From the NCBI GenBank assembly GCA_002633005.1, contig NMRA01000023.1, forward strand, positions 546,621 to 610,620: a stretch of DNA of 64,000 nucleotides. Reading direction: 5' to 3'. Below the pieces are notes generated by a model. The model saw only the letters and a program-made list of their open reading frames with translations. It was not told where the DNA came from and made no database searches. This document shows, piece after piece, positions 13,200-26,589 of this stretch. A program made the translations under genes and the position numbers. The stretch is from Phoronis australis (taxonomy: Eukaryota; Animalia; Phoronida). How positions within the stretch are numbered: the first letter of the stretch is position 1; each line of letters opens with the position of its first letter.

Positions 13200-14519
13200 C
13201 TGAAACATAAGACACAATGCTGAAATAACGAAACACCACTTGCTCAAAGCATAACCCAGTAGCACTTGCTGCCGAGACTGAGTTAAGACAAAAGTTCATA
13301 TTGAAACCTTAAAGCCTGCAATAACCTGTATTCAACACTAACATGCCACCTCCTGGCGTTTTGTTTCTCTTCTTCATAATGTCAGGCTATTTAGGCAGAA
13401 ATAAAATGAAATGGGGCTCAGGCACATATTTCTATTGATATTTAGAACTGCTATCAAAATTTAGACCTCTTATAATTAAGACTTTGGGTCTCAAACTGTT
13501 CATTGATTAAATTAGAGGGGATTTCTGAAGTTGGAAAGAACTGACATCTCAATATTGCTCAAGACGAGACTCTATAAATTGAACTGTGACAGCGGGTAAT
13601 TTAAGGCACTCAAACCATCCGCATTAGCATGACCAGAAACCATTTCTCATTTGGCAAGTGGCATGTGGTCTAAATCAACAGTTAAGTTTCTTTCACGGAA
13701 CATGGGTTAACAGCTGGCCACTTCAAGTCTGTCTACATAGAGTCAATAAGCTATACTCACACTGATGTAATTAATAGGAATCTAGAAGCATCACCAAGTC
13801 AAATAGAGAGTAAGTGAATTTGAATACCATTTTAGTTGTAATATACGCTCACAGACAATATCACACTCACTTGTTCACAATGGAAAAGTAAGGTGGTTAA
13901 AAACAGGAATTTATAAATGGCCCAGTGTTCTCAGTTGTGAGCTCTATTATACTTTTATTAATCAAGAGAGAATAAGTCTCGCAGCAAATGCAGTCTAAAC
14001 ATTCCATCTGATAAGCATATCACATGGTGAGAATTTACACACAACTGAAAGTAAAAAGATTAGCAAGAAATGTAACCACAAGGGGATGATAAGACACTAT
14101 TTCTCAGTTAAAAACTTTCCATTGGACAACTTAAGACAATGCACTTGAGGAAAAATCACCAGAGCTGCAATGAGTTTTGTGAACTGATATGGTGGTATAA
14201 TAGACATTACCTTAGCACACCAAACTCCTTCTCAGATTGTCCAAGACCGTCATAACGCCTTTACGAAACTGGTTGGGAACCGGAGGAGACAGATAATTTC
14301 GGCCATAAACAGACAACGTTAGCCAAAAATATGCCTTGAATGAGATGTGTTGCACTAGGTTCTTGTTCAGACAGTTGAAAGCCACGTCAGAGCTCATTTG
14401 TTTCTCTCCGTTTCAGAAAGGGTACAGAGAACCACCTCAGTGAGACAGAATATTAGACATGTAGCATTCATCTCATTACCTAAAAATACACACCCACCAA
14501 ACTGCAGATGTAACATTAC

Positions 14520-14715
14520 CTAATGGATCGCACGGCGTTCCCTTGAATATGATGCGGTACTGCGTGAGAAATATTGCACCTTCAGCAGGCAGCAGGCAAG
14601 GCCCACCCATGTTACCACCTGTGCCTTCCTCGCGACCGTCGGGCAGCAAGAAGACCCTCAGACCCTCCGTGACGATCTCCTCCCCGGGCAGGAGAACTGG
14701 GGTGAGGATTTTTGG
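14520..14715 (-). CDS. SBF2: SBF2-like exon 22 ([13 protein letters not shown]...[25 protein letters not shown]), GRAM domain
   Basis: tttcag / gtaatg, 196 nt. Confidence 0.93.
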
Positions 14716-15108
14716 CTGAAACAGAATAATGGCCACTAGATGGCACTGTAGATAGGGACAAGCAAGGATGAAGGTGAAATAGGAATCCAAATTAGGTCAC
14801 AAGTCGAGAACCGAGTAGCCCATGGTTTGGCAATTATACTTGCATACTTTGAAGCAAGAACCACAAAACTGCTAGAAGCTACTTGTTTTAAGCTTGTTTC
14901 AGAGACTTTTACTCTTAATACCAAATTCAAGAAGTGAAAATGTAAGTGCGAGCAGTTCTAACACTACGGAACACTCTTTAAATAATGCTTGAAATCTATC
15001 ACTAGAATATCCAAGAAAAAACATTGTTCTTAACAAAAACAGCAATATGTAGGACATGGAATTCCCCCAAACTTTCCCTGTCACATGGCTCACAATGCAG
15101 ATGCCTAC

Positions 15109-15182
15109 CTTCTGTATGGGTGGCAGCCTTTTACTCTCCCTGTTCACCCCTTCAAGATACTCCATGTGCATAGCAACACAAC
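15109..15182 (-). CDS. SBF2: SBF2-like exon 21 (GCVAMHMEYLEGVNRESKRLPPIQK)
   Basis: ttgcag / gtaggc, 74 nt. Confidence 0.92.
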
Positions 15183-15571
15183 CTGCAAAGGACCACGCAA
15201 TGAGAGTACAAAACTTGTTACTAAATGCATACTGCTCAAACATGTTTACAACACCAAGTCATATTCATGATTTTAATCAGCACAAAACAACACTAGTAGC
15301 GACACCTGGCCTGGGGATACATTTTCAAATACAGTTGAACTATAGTCATCAATTAAATGAATGAAGATTTTGTTTGCCTTTTCCCTCACAAGAGGTACTT
15401 GATCAATTTTCTCAATGTATTCAATCAGATCACTGGCATTACCGTTTTCCCAACTACAAACTTTTTACTTAATAATACACGTCTTTTTTCAGGTGAATAC
15501 GTCAACTGAAAACATGCAATAACTGAAATAAAATACATGTCATGTGACCGCCTTGATGTCACTTCATGTAC

Positions 15572-15738
15572 CTGGAATCATCTGGTGTAGTGCCTTGATG
15601 TGTTCCGGTGAGACGTTACTCTGTGAGCAGACCTTGTCCACGAACCGTGAGATGAACCGCGTTACGCTGGCACCCACCACCGACATCTGCGGTTCATCAA
15701 ACCCACTTTCGGCATCGTAACTTTCACTCTCAGCAATG
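15572..15738 (-). CDS. SBF2: SBF2-like exon 20 (IAESESYDAESGFDE...FISRFVDKVC...LHQMIP)
   Basis: tttcag / gtacat, 167 nt. Confidence 0.92.
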
Positions 15739-17199
15739 CTGAAATTTGGAATAACAGATGGACAGTAAGATTAATGGAGGTTATTATAACACTGTTGTCT
15801 AGAAAGAATGTGGAAGGCAAAGAGAACTTGCAAGAAGAAGAGGCAAAGGCGTGCTTACAAAATACTTCAAAGAACGAATTATAACGTGATGTAACATTAC
15901 TTACATATTACAATGGAAACCTTAGAAATTATCGAAAGAACAATTTGTGAGGAAATGAAATGGTCACGTACTAAAACCAATAATAATGCTACAGTCACTC
16001 AGACAAGACAAATAAAACTTGGTAGAAACTTATGCGAAAGCAATTTTGCACAATTCAACTAACAAGGATTAAAACTTACATCAACTACAAGTAGTGACAA
16101 ATATATCGACTATAACTACTGACACAGCATTAAAAGTGCATCCCAAACATGTTGACAAAAATACGAAATGAGAATACCAGAAAATGGTTTTACAGGAAAT
16201 TAATGAATGTATTTGTATTGCAGGAATCCAAAAGTCTCCTTTGCAAGACACAAGTTAACAAAAAATTCAAAGTTAACTATAATTGCACGAAAACAAGGCT
16301 CGTTTTCATTTTGGCTCTTCACAGTTGACTCTAGAGCTTCAGCGAACACAACAGATCCACCACTTCTCATTCAACTCCGGAATCCTAAGTTCAAATAGAA
16401 CACAACTTCCACAGCAGGGAACATAGAAACAGTTCTTTCAATTTCCTCCACCCTGGCACATCAGCTTTGCATGAAAATGTTTGACATTTGTGTTGTCGCT
16501 ACCTGCGTTTAGTTATAAAACTTTAAAAAATCCCTCTCTGCAGTAAGATTCAGCTGTGTTACTTCTATACGTTACAAAACAAACTTACATTCCTGCAATA
16601 AGAAAGACACATTCCCAGTATAACTATATCCTGGTATTCGTATTTACGAACAGTTCTGGGACACCCTGTGTATGCCAGTAAATACTGGCAGAATCTTATT
16701 CCAAACCAAACCAACGGGCACATGCAAGGGCAAAGCTACTGTTGACAAGAGACAAGCTGGAGAAGAAAAGTAAACAGAAGACAAGTTGTAGAAGACTAAA
16801 CACTAGAATCACTTGGAACTAAGCTCTAAAGTTATTAATCTAAACAAAATTACAGATCTGAACAAAAAAGAACAACAAAAATTATAAAGAAACAACTGTT
16901 TTGAAAGCATCATTATTCTTTGAAATCTTTTTATTTATTATAATTTGCAAAACGTTGCCTCATGGGTACAATTTTGACAAAACTAGACAATACGGAATGA
17001 CACTTTTTGCCTTTTGCATTCTACAATGGAAAACTTAAGTTTTCATCGGTAGAGAGAAAGAAAACTGAGGCCTGATAGAGAAAAGAAAAACAGAACGAAC
17101 AAAACAGAACAGAGCAGAAAAGTTAACAGATCCAACCAAACCTTGAACAAACTGAATTCTAATAACCTTTGCCCCTGCCTGTACCTTCCATCCCTGTAC

Positions 17200-17393
17200 C
17201 TGCTCGTCACGTTACTGTTACTGGCGCTCTCGTCGACGAGCCCGAAAGGTAGCACCGTCTTGCGCGAGTCGAGTGGCACGCGCATGTACACCATACGATT
17301 ACTGTAGTGTATCGCCTGGCTGTACACTGTCGACTCCTCGTTAGAGATCAGTTCTGTCTGCTCCTCCTTACTCAGAGTCGGCCATTTTCTCAG
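17200..17393 (-). CDS. SBF2: SBF2-like exon 19 ([12 protein letters not shown]...[11 protein letters not shown]...SNVTS)
   Basis: ttatag / gtacag, 194 nt. Confidence 0.88.
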
Positions 17394-17627
17394 CTATAAT
17401 GAGTAGTGATTGCAATTATAAGTGCAAAGTACCAACAACCCCAATAACAACAATAATAAACAACTACATCACAATAACAACAATGACAATCATTAGAACA
17501 ATAACTGAGGTCAGTGCAACTTGTATATACTTATTTTATGTCTTACACTTGCCGCTTTTAAAGGCCTTTTATCTTTTCACAGTGCGTTACCATAACTCGA
17601 GTAACTCATAAATTGAAAATGTGTCAA

Positions 17628-17849
17628 CCTGCGCGCACCCAAGGGGTGAACTGAGTAAGAAGGTCCGCCTCAGAGGTACAAAAAGTCCAAAAAAGGAGAC
17701 AAAAGTCCACTAAAAAAGCGCTGACGCACAGTTCACAGACCTGAAGGTAGTACCCCGTTTTTTTTAGTCCTCCCGCTTTTTTGTTAGTATAAGGTCCACT
17801 TTGACAGAAATTCGAGCCCCCCCCATATTACAGACTGGGTGCGCGCATG
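17628..17849. mobile_element. MITE, 222 bp
   Basis: TIR cctgcgcgcaccca / tgggtgcgcgcatg (13/14), flanking direct repeat gtcaa(c). Confidence 0.8.
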
Positions 17850-18004
17850 GTCAACACCCAGTTTTGTAATTAAAGAGCCAACCCTCACACATTTCATCAC
17901 ATTGCTTAGCAAACTGAACAACTGTGACAAACTTTACCTCACTTGTGTAAGTCTACTACTGTCACAGTTACAACACCACAGGTGAGTGCACAAAGCTCGC
18001 CTAC

Positions 18005-18154
18005 CTGCTCTGCGGCTATCTCTAAAGCACCAATCTCCTTGGCTCGGCTATATCCAGGTGTGGAGGACGACGCTATCGACCGCCTCTTCAGCATGTCTGG
18101 GGTGCCTTCCCTCAGGTACGACTCACCTGCCCAGCTAGTACCTATCTCTGTTAA
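18005..18154 (-). CDS. SBF2: SBF2-like exon 18 (LTEIGTSW...EIGALEIAAEQ)
   Basis: ttgcag / gtaggc, 150 nt. The 3' part (ALEIAAEQ) looks conserved; the acceptor is less certain. Confidence 0.8.
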
Positions 18155-18695
18155 CTGCAATAGTTATTACAAGGAAAATGTCAACTTCACAGGCGCTAGG
18201 AGTTCCTATTAACGAGGTTGTAATGATTTCAGGAGTACCTGTCGGCAACTGCAGGGAAAGTTCATTTCATCAGATTTGAGGAACAAGAAATACCAAAGTA
18301 CAAAGCTAATAAAAACATTTCTTTACCTAGTTTACATAACACTGAGGGAAAATACAACTAGCACTGTTCTGAATACAGTTTGTCCAGGGTGTTATTCCAA
18401 TGAGCACAATTGGAGCCTATTTCTAATTTGTAACAACATGTAACATTTGTGCACGGCTTGACGGTAGAGAGGCATGCACCAACATAAACTTGTAATCGTT
18501 TGGTAAGTCTCAGCCAGGCCAGTTTTTGCAGACGTGCTCATCAATCATGTTGGCGTATTTCCACACTTTTCAATAGCAAGATTCCCGATGGTGAAGTAGG
18601 ACCTTTTTGACAAGTTTGTCAATTATCTATTAAACACTCAACTACAGACTTTAATTTAGTAAACATTATGGTATACACTTATTTTCTTAACTCAC

Positions 18696-18881
18696 ACTGG
18701 CTGAGGAGTTTGAGGTCAGTGGCTCCCTCTCTGGGTAGGCCTCGTACTGAGGCAGGTAGAGCTTGCGTATATCCTTCTGTACATCCTGGTAGAAAGCAGC
18801 CTCCCAGAACTGAAGGTTAGTCCACACAGCGTGTTCCTGGATGCATGTGTAGGCGAACTGCATTACACCCGTACACAGTTT
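18696..18881 (-). CDS. SBF2: SBF2-like exon 17 ([27 protein letters not shown]...SSAS)
   Basis: caccag / gtgagt, 186 nt. Confidence 0.92.
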
Positions 18882-19436
18882 CTGGTGACACAAAAAGAAG
18901 GATTATGAAGACATCAATCAAATTCGACATTTACTACACATTAAAAGAGACTGGGCACACATCTCAGGCCACGCAATAGGTATGACTTACTTTTGGACGA
19001 CATGTTTTAGTCAAGTAAACAAACCCCTATAGCCAGAGATCATATAATGTGCCCAGATCAATGGCAACTCAAAGATGACCACCAGACAGAGTACTTACAG
19101 GTATGGCTAGACGATTTTGTCTCCACCCAGAGAACAGTTAAAGGCATAGGCAGAACAAATCCAAGTAACACCTAAATTAAAACTGACCTTGTCCCCCCTC
19201 GCGCGACCAACTACGTTTTATGAGCGTGACACAAAACATTTCATTTGAAATCTGACAAAATATTTTTTCCAATCGCACACACAAAGACTTGGTGCAACAC
19301 CAGTGACCACAAGCAAAAGACATTTTCTCTAACACACCCATCACAGGGGAGTGAGTGTAGGGTGAGGGGACATTTCTTTTTTAAATTCATTTCATGCTGG
19401 TCTTACTTAAAGCAGGACTATGCTAATGTTACCCAC

Positions 19437-19505
19437 CCGGCAAAATGCTGTCGCCAAAGGTAGAATTGCATAGGCTACACCGTTCTCATCCATACTCGAG
19501 TCATT
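19437..19505 (-). CDS. SBF2: SBF2-like exon 16 (NDSSMDENGVAYAILPLATAFCR)
   Basis: ttacag / gtgggt, 69 nt. Confidence 0.9.
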
Positions 19506-19857
19506 CTGTAAATACAAACACAGTGGTAACAAGCATTGTTATTCTGTTAAATGGCTTGTACAACAGTAACAAGACCTATGTCTGTTCATTTCTTACAACA
19601 CTCAGTATAATACTCATAATAATAAAAGATGAAGAGGAGTAACCTCTCCTGAGCGTTATCCTCTCTTCACAAATGAGAAGTTTCCGGGCCACAGAAGAAC
19701 AGCTGATGATAAAATATTCTTGAATTTCATGAAATACTACACTGGGGTTTATAGTCTCAATAAGAAAAAGAACACTGCAATGCTGACGGACTAGAAACGC
19801 ACGGTATCATTTCTATCCAAGTTTTATTTGGTAGATGTTTACTATGTTGTTACATAC

Positions 19858-20007
19858 CTGTAGAGCGGCATTAAGCAGTCGCACCACCAAATCAAACTGT
19901 TGGTGCTCTAGACTAGCTCTGTTACTCTGCACATGAAAGCTCAACTCCTGAGTCAGGGCTAGTCGCGCTACTTTACTCTTCAACGCTCGTAGCACAGCTG
20001 GGAAGAT
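19858..20007 (-). CDS. SBF2: SBF2-like exon 15 (IFPAVLRALKSKVARLAL...LLNAALQ)
   Basis: tttcag / gtatgt, 150 nt. Confidence 0.93.
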
Positions 20008-20479
20008 CTGAAAACAGCAAGAGGGATTGAAAAAGTATTGTAGTAAACGTCACATGAATTGTTTGTCTTGCTGCGGTACCAAAAGGTGTTCCAATTGTTC
20101 TTCTGTTTCACTGTCAGGAGTGTTTGAATTCTCTCTCATCTTATTCTATTTTAACCACGGTCTTCGTGACTACCTGACATTGCGTTACAGCCGTTACACT
20201 TTCTTGACTTCACCGGGTCAACCGGCTAAGACATTTGATTGGTCTGCAGGCCGGAAGTCATCATTGAGAACCAATAACATGCCTCGGCTAGCAGAACTGA
20301 AAGTCAATCAAGTGCTAAATCAATTAAGAAAAATCCCATGCCATTCCCATCCCCACGCAGCCATTCATAAAATATTTCAGACTAAGCTGAGAAGTATCTT
20401 TTAAAGTAAGTCCTCGTTACAACTAAGTTATATTTTAAAAAAAAATATCCAGGGTATACACAAAAGGAAAGCAGTTCAC

Positions 20480-20645
20480 CTTCCTGGCATCAGAGATCTT
20501 GTTCTCAAAGATAAAGCTAACACAGTTCCGTAACACCTCCAGGCGGCGTGCACTGTTGTTGACCCCGTGACCTCTGCTGGCCACAATACTGATGTGAGGG
20601 CCCATGGGAACAATTCTTGGCTGCTGGGGCCGTACCTGGGTCCAC
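20480..20645 (-). CDS. SBF2: SBF2-like exon 14 (WTQVRPQQ...NSARRLEVLRNCVSFIFENKISDARK)
   Basis: tgctag / gtgaac, 166 nt. Confidence 0.92.
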
Positions 20646-22971
20646 CTAGCAATAAAAAAAAAACTGCTCGTCACACAAACTGCAGCGCTTGACCTTACGA
20701 TAATTATGTCTACATCAACTTAGAAGAACCTTTAATTCGAAATGCTTGGCACAAAACTCTGTAACAACAACACAATTCCGTGGTTCTGAAGGAACCAATT
20801 TCAAAGACAATTTTTTACTCCAACACTTCTAGTTAAATCACATTTTACAGCTTTGTGTCAGTAGTTGTTATATAATACGCAGTTTTCAAATAGCGCCTCC
20901 TGTTGGTCATGTGCAGTTGTTTTATACTGATACTTGAAGCTATTTCCAGTGTGATTAAGATAGTTAGTATGTACAGTAAAAATTCTTCAATTTGGAAGAT
21001 AAATAATTCCTACAATTGACACTTCTTATTATCTTCAGGAACTTGCTACATAACAGCAATGTAGTTTGGAGAAAGCTTCACCACACAAACCAAGATGCTA
21101 AAATCAGAGAAAAATTTCTTGAGTGTGTTGAGAATCTAGTCAAATGAAATTTCACACCTCCACCCCATTGTGTACCAAACTGGAGAATTTCCCATGTAAT
21201 AGAAGAGCAAATTCCCAACCAATCAGATTGCATCGTGTCTAACAAAGGACTATTCATAAAAGTAGTGCACTGGCAATTTTCCAGGGAAGAGACAGTGTCA
21301 TGGGGAATAAAAATAACATCAGCCTGTTATTTTTAACTTGTTATTTGTAAATAATTACAATGAATGTGTTTTGCTAATGGTAAATCCATTAATCTAGTAC
21401 ATGTTGACCAGTAGTAACGGAAGCAACCTCGGGAAGCAAAAAAGAACCGCAACTTCTATTCAGCAAGTAACAAAGACTACAAAAAATCACTCCGAAAACA
21501 CCAGAAATGTTTGGCGATAAGATAGCTAATAGCTAGTGGTCGTCGTGCGAAACTGTGAAAGACAAGAAAAAAGACTAATTAAACTACAATTTTACACCTG
21601 GAATACAGAAATAGAGTACCGACAAGAGTCTACACTCTTACAAGATTGTTAGACCAGAAAATCAAAACTGATAAGCAGGGAGACAACCAAGGTCTCACAG
21701 TGACAGAGTTGCTCTTAGAACACAGCGTGTCGACATTAAATCAAGGGAATTAACTGAAGCCATAGCATTAAAGCAACATCAAGCTTTTTCGTTTTTGTTG
21801 GTTACTGGCGTTTTTGAAACATTAATCATGCCAACAGCTAATATGTGTGGAAATAAAGTTTTTAGGCAAAGGTCAACCAAGTTAGGTATCCCAGGTTGTA
21901 ACTTGTCACTCTCATCACGACAATTACTAAAAACAAAAATGCCTATAACAAAAATTGATGAATCAAAATGTAGCAAGTCAATGATTTGTCAGTTTTATAG
22001 TAAACATTTCAGGCCGAGATGTGATGCGTCACTTGGTGACGTGATAAGAGTGAACGCCTCAACAACAGGTTGTCAACTTACCCCAGCTCATCTTGCAAGC
22101 TAAAGACAATTCAAAGCGTTGCTATGACACAGAGAGTCTATTATTGGCGCAGCATAAACGAGCATCAAATGAGAGACTTTAACAAGGTGATGGCCACCAA
22201 CTACATCACAGTGTTTAACCATAATGCCTTCCGCAGAACAAAGTGGTCATCTTCACTTAAATGGTTGAAGTAATACTGCACACCAAAAATAAACCAGATA
22301 AAATGACTCGGCATTCTCTACCATGCCAACTGACCATGACCAGAATCATGGTCACCACTGACATTTCATTGTCCATGAGGTCTCTAGGATCTACGATATA
22401 TTTTTCCAGAAAACAATTTTGCAGGATATAATTTTCCATCATATAATTATCCATGATATGATTTCCCAGAGTTCCCAATCCTATCAACACCACTTTGCAA
22501 GTCTCTCATTTCAGCAAACAACAGCCAATCTCTAATCAGTCAATCTCGAGTTGTTATGCACAGATTCAGACTGACAATGCATACCAATCAAATCAGTGAT
22601 TACTAAACTACAATGCTACAATGTTCTGCAGGAAATTCAATGAGAACATGCCAAACAGTAGCCTAGTTCAGCTAAGATCTCCTTCATGTACATTTTAACT
22701 CGCTGATCATTTTGTGAACATATGCTTACTGGCTACTGCATACAAGCTTCAGTCTTTCGCCTGAATTTGATAAGTGGTGATTTGTGAACTTGGAAAGAAC
22801 TGACAGTTCATTAGTGGACACACTCCTTTTAATACATAAAATGACCAACCATGTCAAGTCAACTTACTGAGTCTCACTGCAAATAATCTTCAAATCTTTC
22901 CAAGGCCATATATCACTTCCAAACTCAATATTGAAGTTGAGACCAGTCTCATAACGGTAAGTAGTATAAAT

Positions 22972-23484
22972 CAGGGCTTGGAATGAGCAACGACAAAAAA
23001 CGCGGAAACTTTTACGGCCCAAATCATGCCCTATAACCAGCCTTGAAATGGTCAATGTGATGTGAACCTTTCCCCGACAAAAATCGGGAGGAAAAAAGAA
23101 AAAAAAAAAAAACCGTTACCACCATCAGTAGCATGTGTCTGCGTCCTTTTAGCTCGCCCGTCCACTCCCAACCCACACACTTTTGGCTGCAGAGCGGTAG
23201 TATTTGTCGCTGCGCTTAACAATAACACGAGACGCCATTTGCAAATCCCACCACGCTGTCCCAGATGCCCCGGCAATGTTGACAATTTACGTTCCTCCCA
23301 AACATAAAGAGCAACTTCCGCTTTTCGAGGTGAACGTCGCCTGCAAAGCCGCGGTAAGAAAGGAATTTGCCGCGGAAATTTTATATCAAATCCGATTTTT
23401 TTACGCGGAAATATTATAAAAAAAGCGGAAAGCACATTTGAAAAAAGCGGAAATCCGCGTTTCCGTGGAAAATTCCAAGCCCTG
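22972..23484. mobile_element. hAT-like MITE, 513 bp
   Basis: Perfect 13-bp TIR cagggcttggaat / attccaagccctg, flanking direct repeat ataaat, several subterminal gcggaa motifs. Confidence 0.85.
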
Positions 23485-23618
23485 ATAAATTAAAAGCTGC
23501 TTTTCTGACTGGTATTTATTCACAAATGTATTGATAATTGCAAACAGTATCCTAATAAAGCGCCAATAACGCATTTCCTAAGCCAGCTGACTTGAAGTCA
23601 ACACCCCAAACCACTCAC

Positions 23619-23770
23619 TTGGTTTTGCTCCACTTCGCCAGCCCGTCATCGATAATCTCCTGGATGTGAATCCAGTCCAGTGCCGGAAACGAGGGTTGGT
23701 GGATCCTGGAGTAGGCGCCTTCTGTTGGCTTGGGAATCTTTTGAACATATGGCTGTGGGTTGGGATTTTC
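23619..23770 (-). CDS. SBF2: SBF2-like exon 13 (ENPNPQPYVQKIPKP...GLAKWSKT)
   Basis: ttccag / gtgagt, 152 nt. Confidence 0.92.
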
Positions 23771-24170
23771 CTGGAAAATAAGGAAGCATGAAGACGCAGA
23801 ACATAACTTAAAGAGCCGACAAAATACTCTGTTGAGTTGATTATTCTCTAGCAAAACATTTAAATTTAAGGACTCATTTAAGAATGCAACTTAACAACCC
23901 ACATGCAAAAGCACAAATTAAATTGCATTTCCTTCAAAATGTATATGAAATCACTTTCGGATTATTTAAAAATTCAATTTTTTTAACATATTTGCCTTAA
24001 CAAAACTGTAATACAAGAACTGATTTTGCCAGGATGACAAAAACAGAGTACCATTTTCAAATTATAAGTTTCCCAAAGCCACAAAAACAGTAGAGTGCTT
24101 AGCCCTTGTGAGAATTGATCATTTGGCAAAACTTGACAGAATGAAGGTGTATGAACCTTGCAGCACTCAC

Positions 24171-24269
24171 ATTGACATAGAGTTGAGAGGCCAGTTCCCT
24201 GATGTGGGTTAACATCTTTTCAAGGTTGCTTCTCTCGTCTTTGATCTGCTCATACAAACCGGCGAAAAC
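24171..24269 (-). CDS. SBF2: SBF2-like exon 12 (VFAGLYEQIKDERSNLEKMLTHIRELASQLYVN)
   Basis: tcttag / gtgagt, 99 nt. Confidence 0.9.
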
Positions 24270-24934
24270 CTAAGAGAAGGAAGAAAACGATGAACAACAA
24301 AATGTCTTCAGTGCAACATCTAATGACAATCACGGAGATACGCTACTTATGACTCATCATGGACTTAACACCCGACAAATTGGTCAAAACCCATTCCCAA
24401 ATGTTCTTTCAATATGACGTCAATTTTCTTCAACAAAAACAGACTGAGATTAAAAAGAATTTTGATTAGATTGACTTTGTTAATTGATAAAGGTGAATTA
24501 AAAACCCTCACCATAAGTAACATGTGAGTGACTACCAGAACACATCTCCAGCTATCACAATGTCTAAATTTGAAATGGACATTCACCAATCAGTAACACA
24601 ATCTTTCAATGAGAAATACTCTTGACGTCACTCAGACTGACCTCACTACACTGATGACTAACACCCTCTACCTGACCTCACAGCAACCTCACGGTTGATT
24701 TAAACACCAAGCACACCCAAATCAAATCAAAATGCTGCATTCTGCCACCTAGTGAGCAGCAGAAGAATCACCCTCTACTAACAGGGGGCAGTAGTGGTAA
24801 TCAGTGGAACCAATCATCATGGCATTATAAAAATCTTATTGATCTTGGAAGCATAGGCCAGCTTCAATTTTGAACAACCCTTGCTTCAATGTTTACAAAA
24901 TAGGCAGTATGTCAATTGGATTTCCAGGTTCACA

Positions 24935-25300
24935 CATCCAGATACGTTGCTCCAACCACAACTTGATGATAGAGAAAGGTAGACATACTCTCGTGGACCA
25001 AAAATACCGTGTGTGTTGTTTCAGTGTGTCCCTAATTGAAGATGAATACCATTTTATATGTGTTTGTAAAATGTACTGCTCTCTGAGAACTGCATTTATG
25101 CCTGAGTGGTGCTGGCATGAACCAAATAAACATAAATTTGTAAAACTAATGAAAATGTCGGAGCCCATTGCTCAGATTAATCTAATGAAATTTGTATTTC
25201 ACGCCACTGCTCTCAGGGAAAAGCTGCTCAGCGTTATCCTGCAAATTTTATGTAACATGTGGGCCAAGGCCTTAAATGTTGAAATACATGAATTTGAATA
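24935..25300 (+). mobile_element. LINE 3' fragment (CR1/L2-group-like C-terminal zinc-binding region)
   Basis: RCSNHNLMIEKGRH...RVCCF...IEDEYHFICVCKMYCSLR matches the C-terminal motif of invertebrate LINE ORF2, followed by an (aatttg)-type tail. Clade uncertain. Confidence 0.75.
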
Positions 25301-26589
25301 TCCAGATACACGTAGGTATTAACACTGCCAGGGGATCATTCACAACAGTTTCTTTGGAGGAACTCATGCAAAAACGAGTTATAAGGAATGGCGTTATGCA
25401 ATTACGTCCCAAGCAGGTACATGAGGTCGCATTGTGGTGTTAAAAATCACACATGTACTATTTTAACACATAACATGAACAGTCTGCTGGGTGGGGTCCC
25501 AACAGCTGGATCTCCACATGATTGACAGGAGAGAGTGGACAGACACAGTGGTATCTAAAAACTCATGCCTGCCAACCAATGATAAGACGAGTCCTTACAG
25601 ATACTACAAGTTGCCTTAGCAAACAGGTGATGAACGCGTAATCTACCTACTACCATACACACAGACAGATCACTCACTAATAACCCACACTTACCCTGGC
25701 CGCATATACAATACACTATAAAAACACATTCAACGACTTGATGAACCCAATGCACCATACAAAACACAACGTTTACATTTCTGATTTGTGTCAGATTCGT
25801 GAACATTAAAGCAGTTATGGTAAGTCTTCGAATGTATCACAAAAACTGCCAGAATTGTATTTTTTCTATTTTTCAAAGACTGACTACAGAGTAAAATTCA
25901 TTCCTGTAGTTAAGTCTTATTTACACTTCAACCAAATTTGACCAAAAACATCAGTGACGTAAGCGAGCTAAGTGAAGAATTACCATTGATACCAAAACCA
26001 TGAAGAATGACCAAATCCATAAGTTTTATTAAAAAATCATTATCTTGTCTGACCTATGACAAAGGCGTGGTCAAACAAAGCAACCGACAAAGTGGACTAC
26101 AAATACTACTAACAAGATATACTAAGTGATTGAACACATTCTGTCAGCTGCACTGGGTACAACTCTCCGTTTCAATGAAAACAAGGAAACAAATAGACCT
26201 CCGCCACCTTACTCAACAGACCAACCCCATCACAGTACCTGGCAACAGACCAGTGTCCCAAAACATCCACCCTACCATAGAATTGTATATGCAAGGTAAT
26301 TTTACTTGCACAAAAGCAAATCAGACATTTCCATCCACTTGAAAGGGTCGTGTTCGCTAACTGGATTTCTCGTGTCAGATTGACCTATATGCAAGACGAG
26401 GTTGTACACAACATGGAGTTTGCAACCTTGGCCTCTTCAAGCTGAGGCGACAGTGAACGACTGACAACCTGAATAGGCTTTCTTGTAAATGAAATTACCT
26501 TAATCATAATCGAATTATTGGGACATTCAGGTACAACCCTATTCCTGGCATGTTCAATTTGACATTGGTTTCCTAGACCTTGTACTTAC

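Noticed and set aside
22335-22390. Extra exon in intron 13 (DLMDNEMSVVTMILVM)
   Set aside because: Poor pyrimidine tract, and the phases are incompatible with the phase-2 intron.
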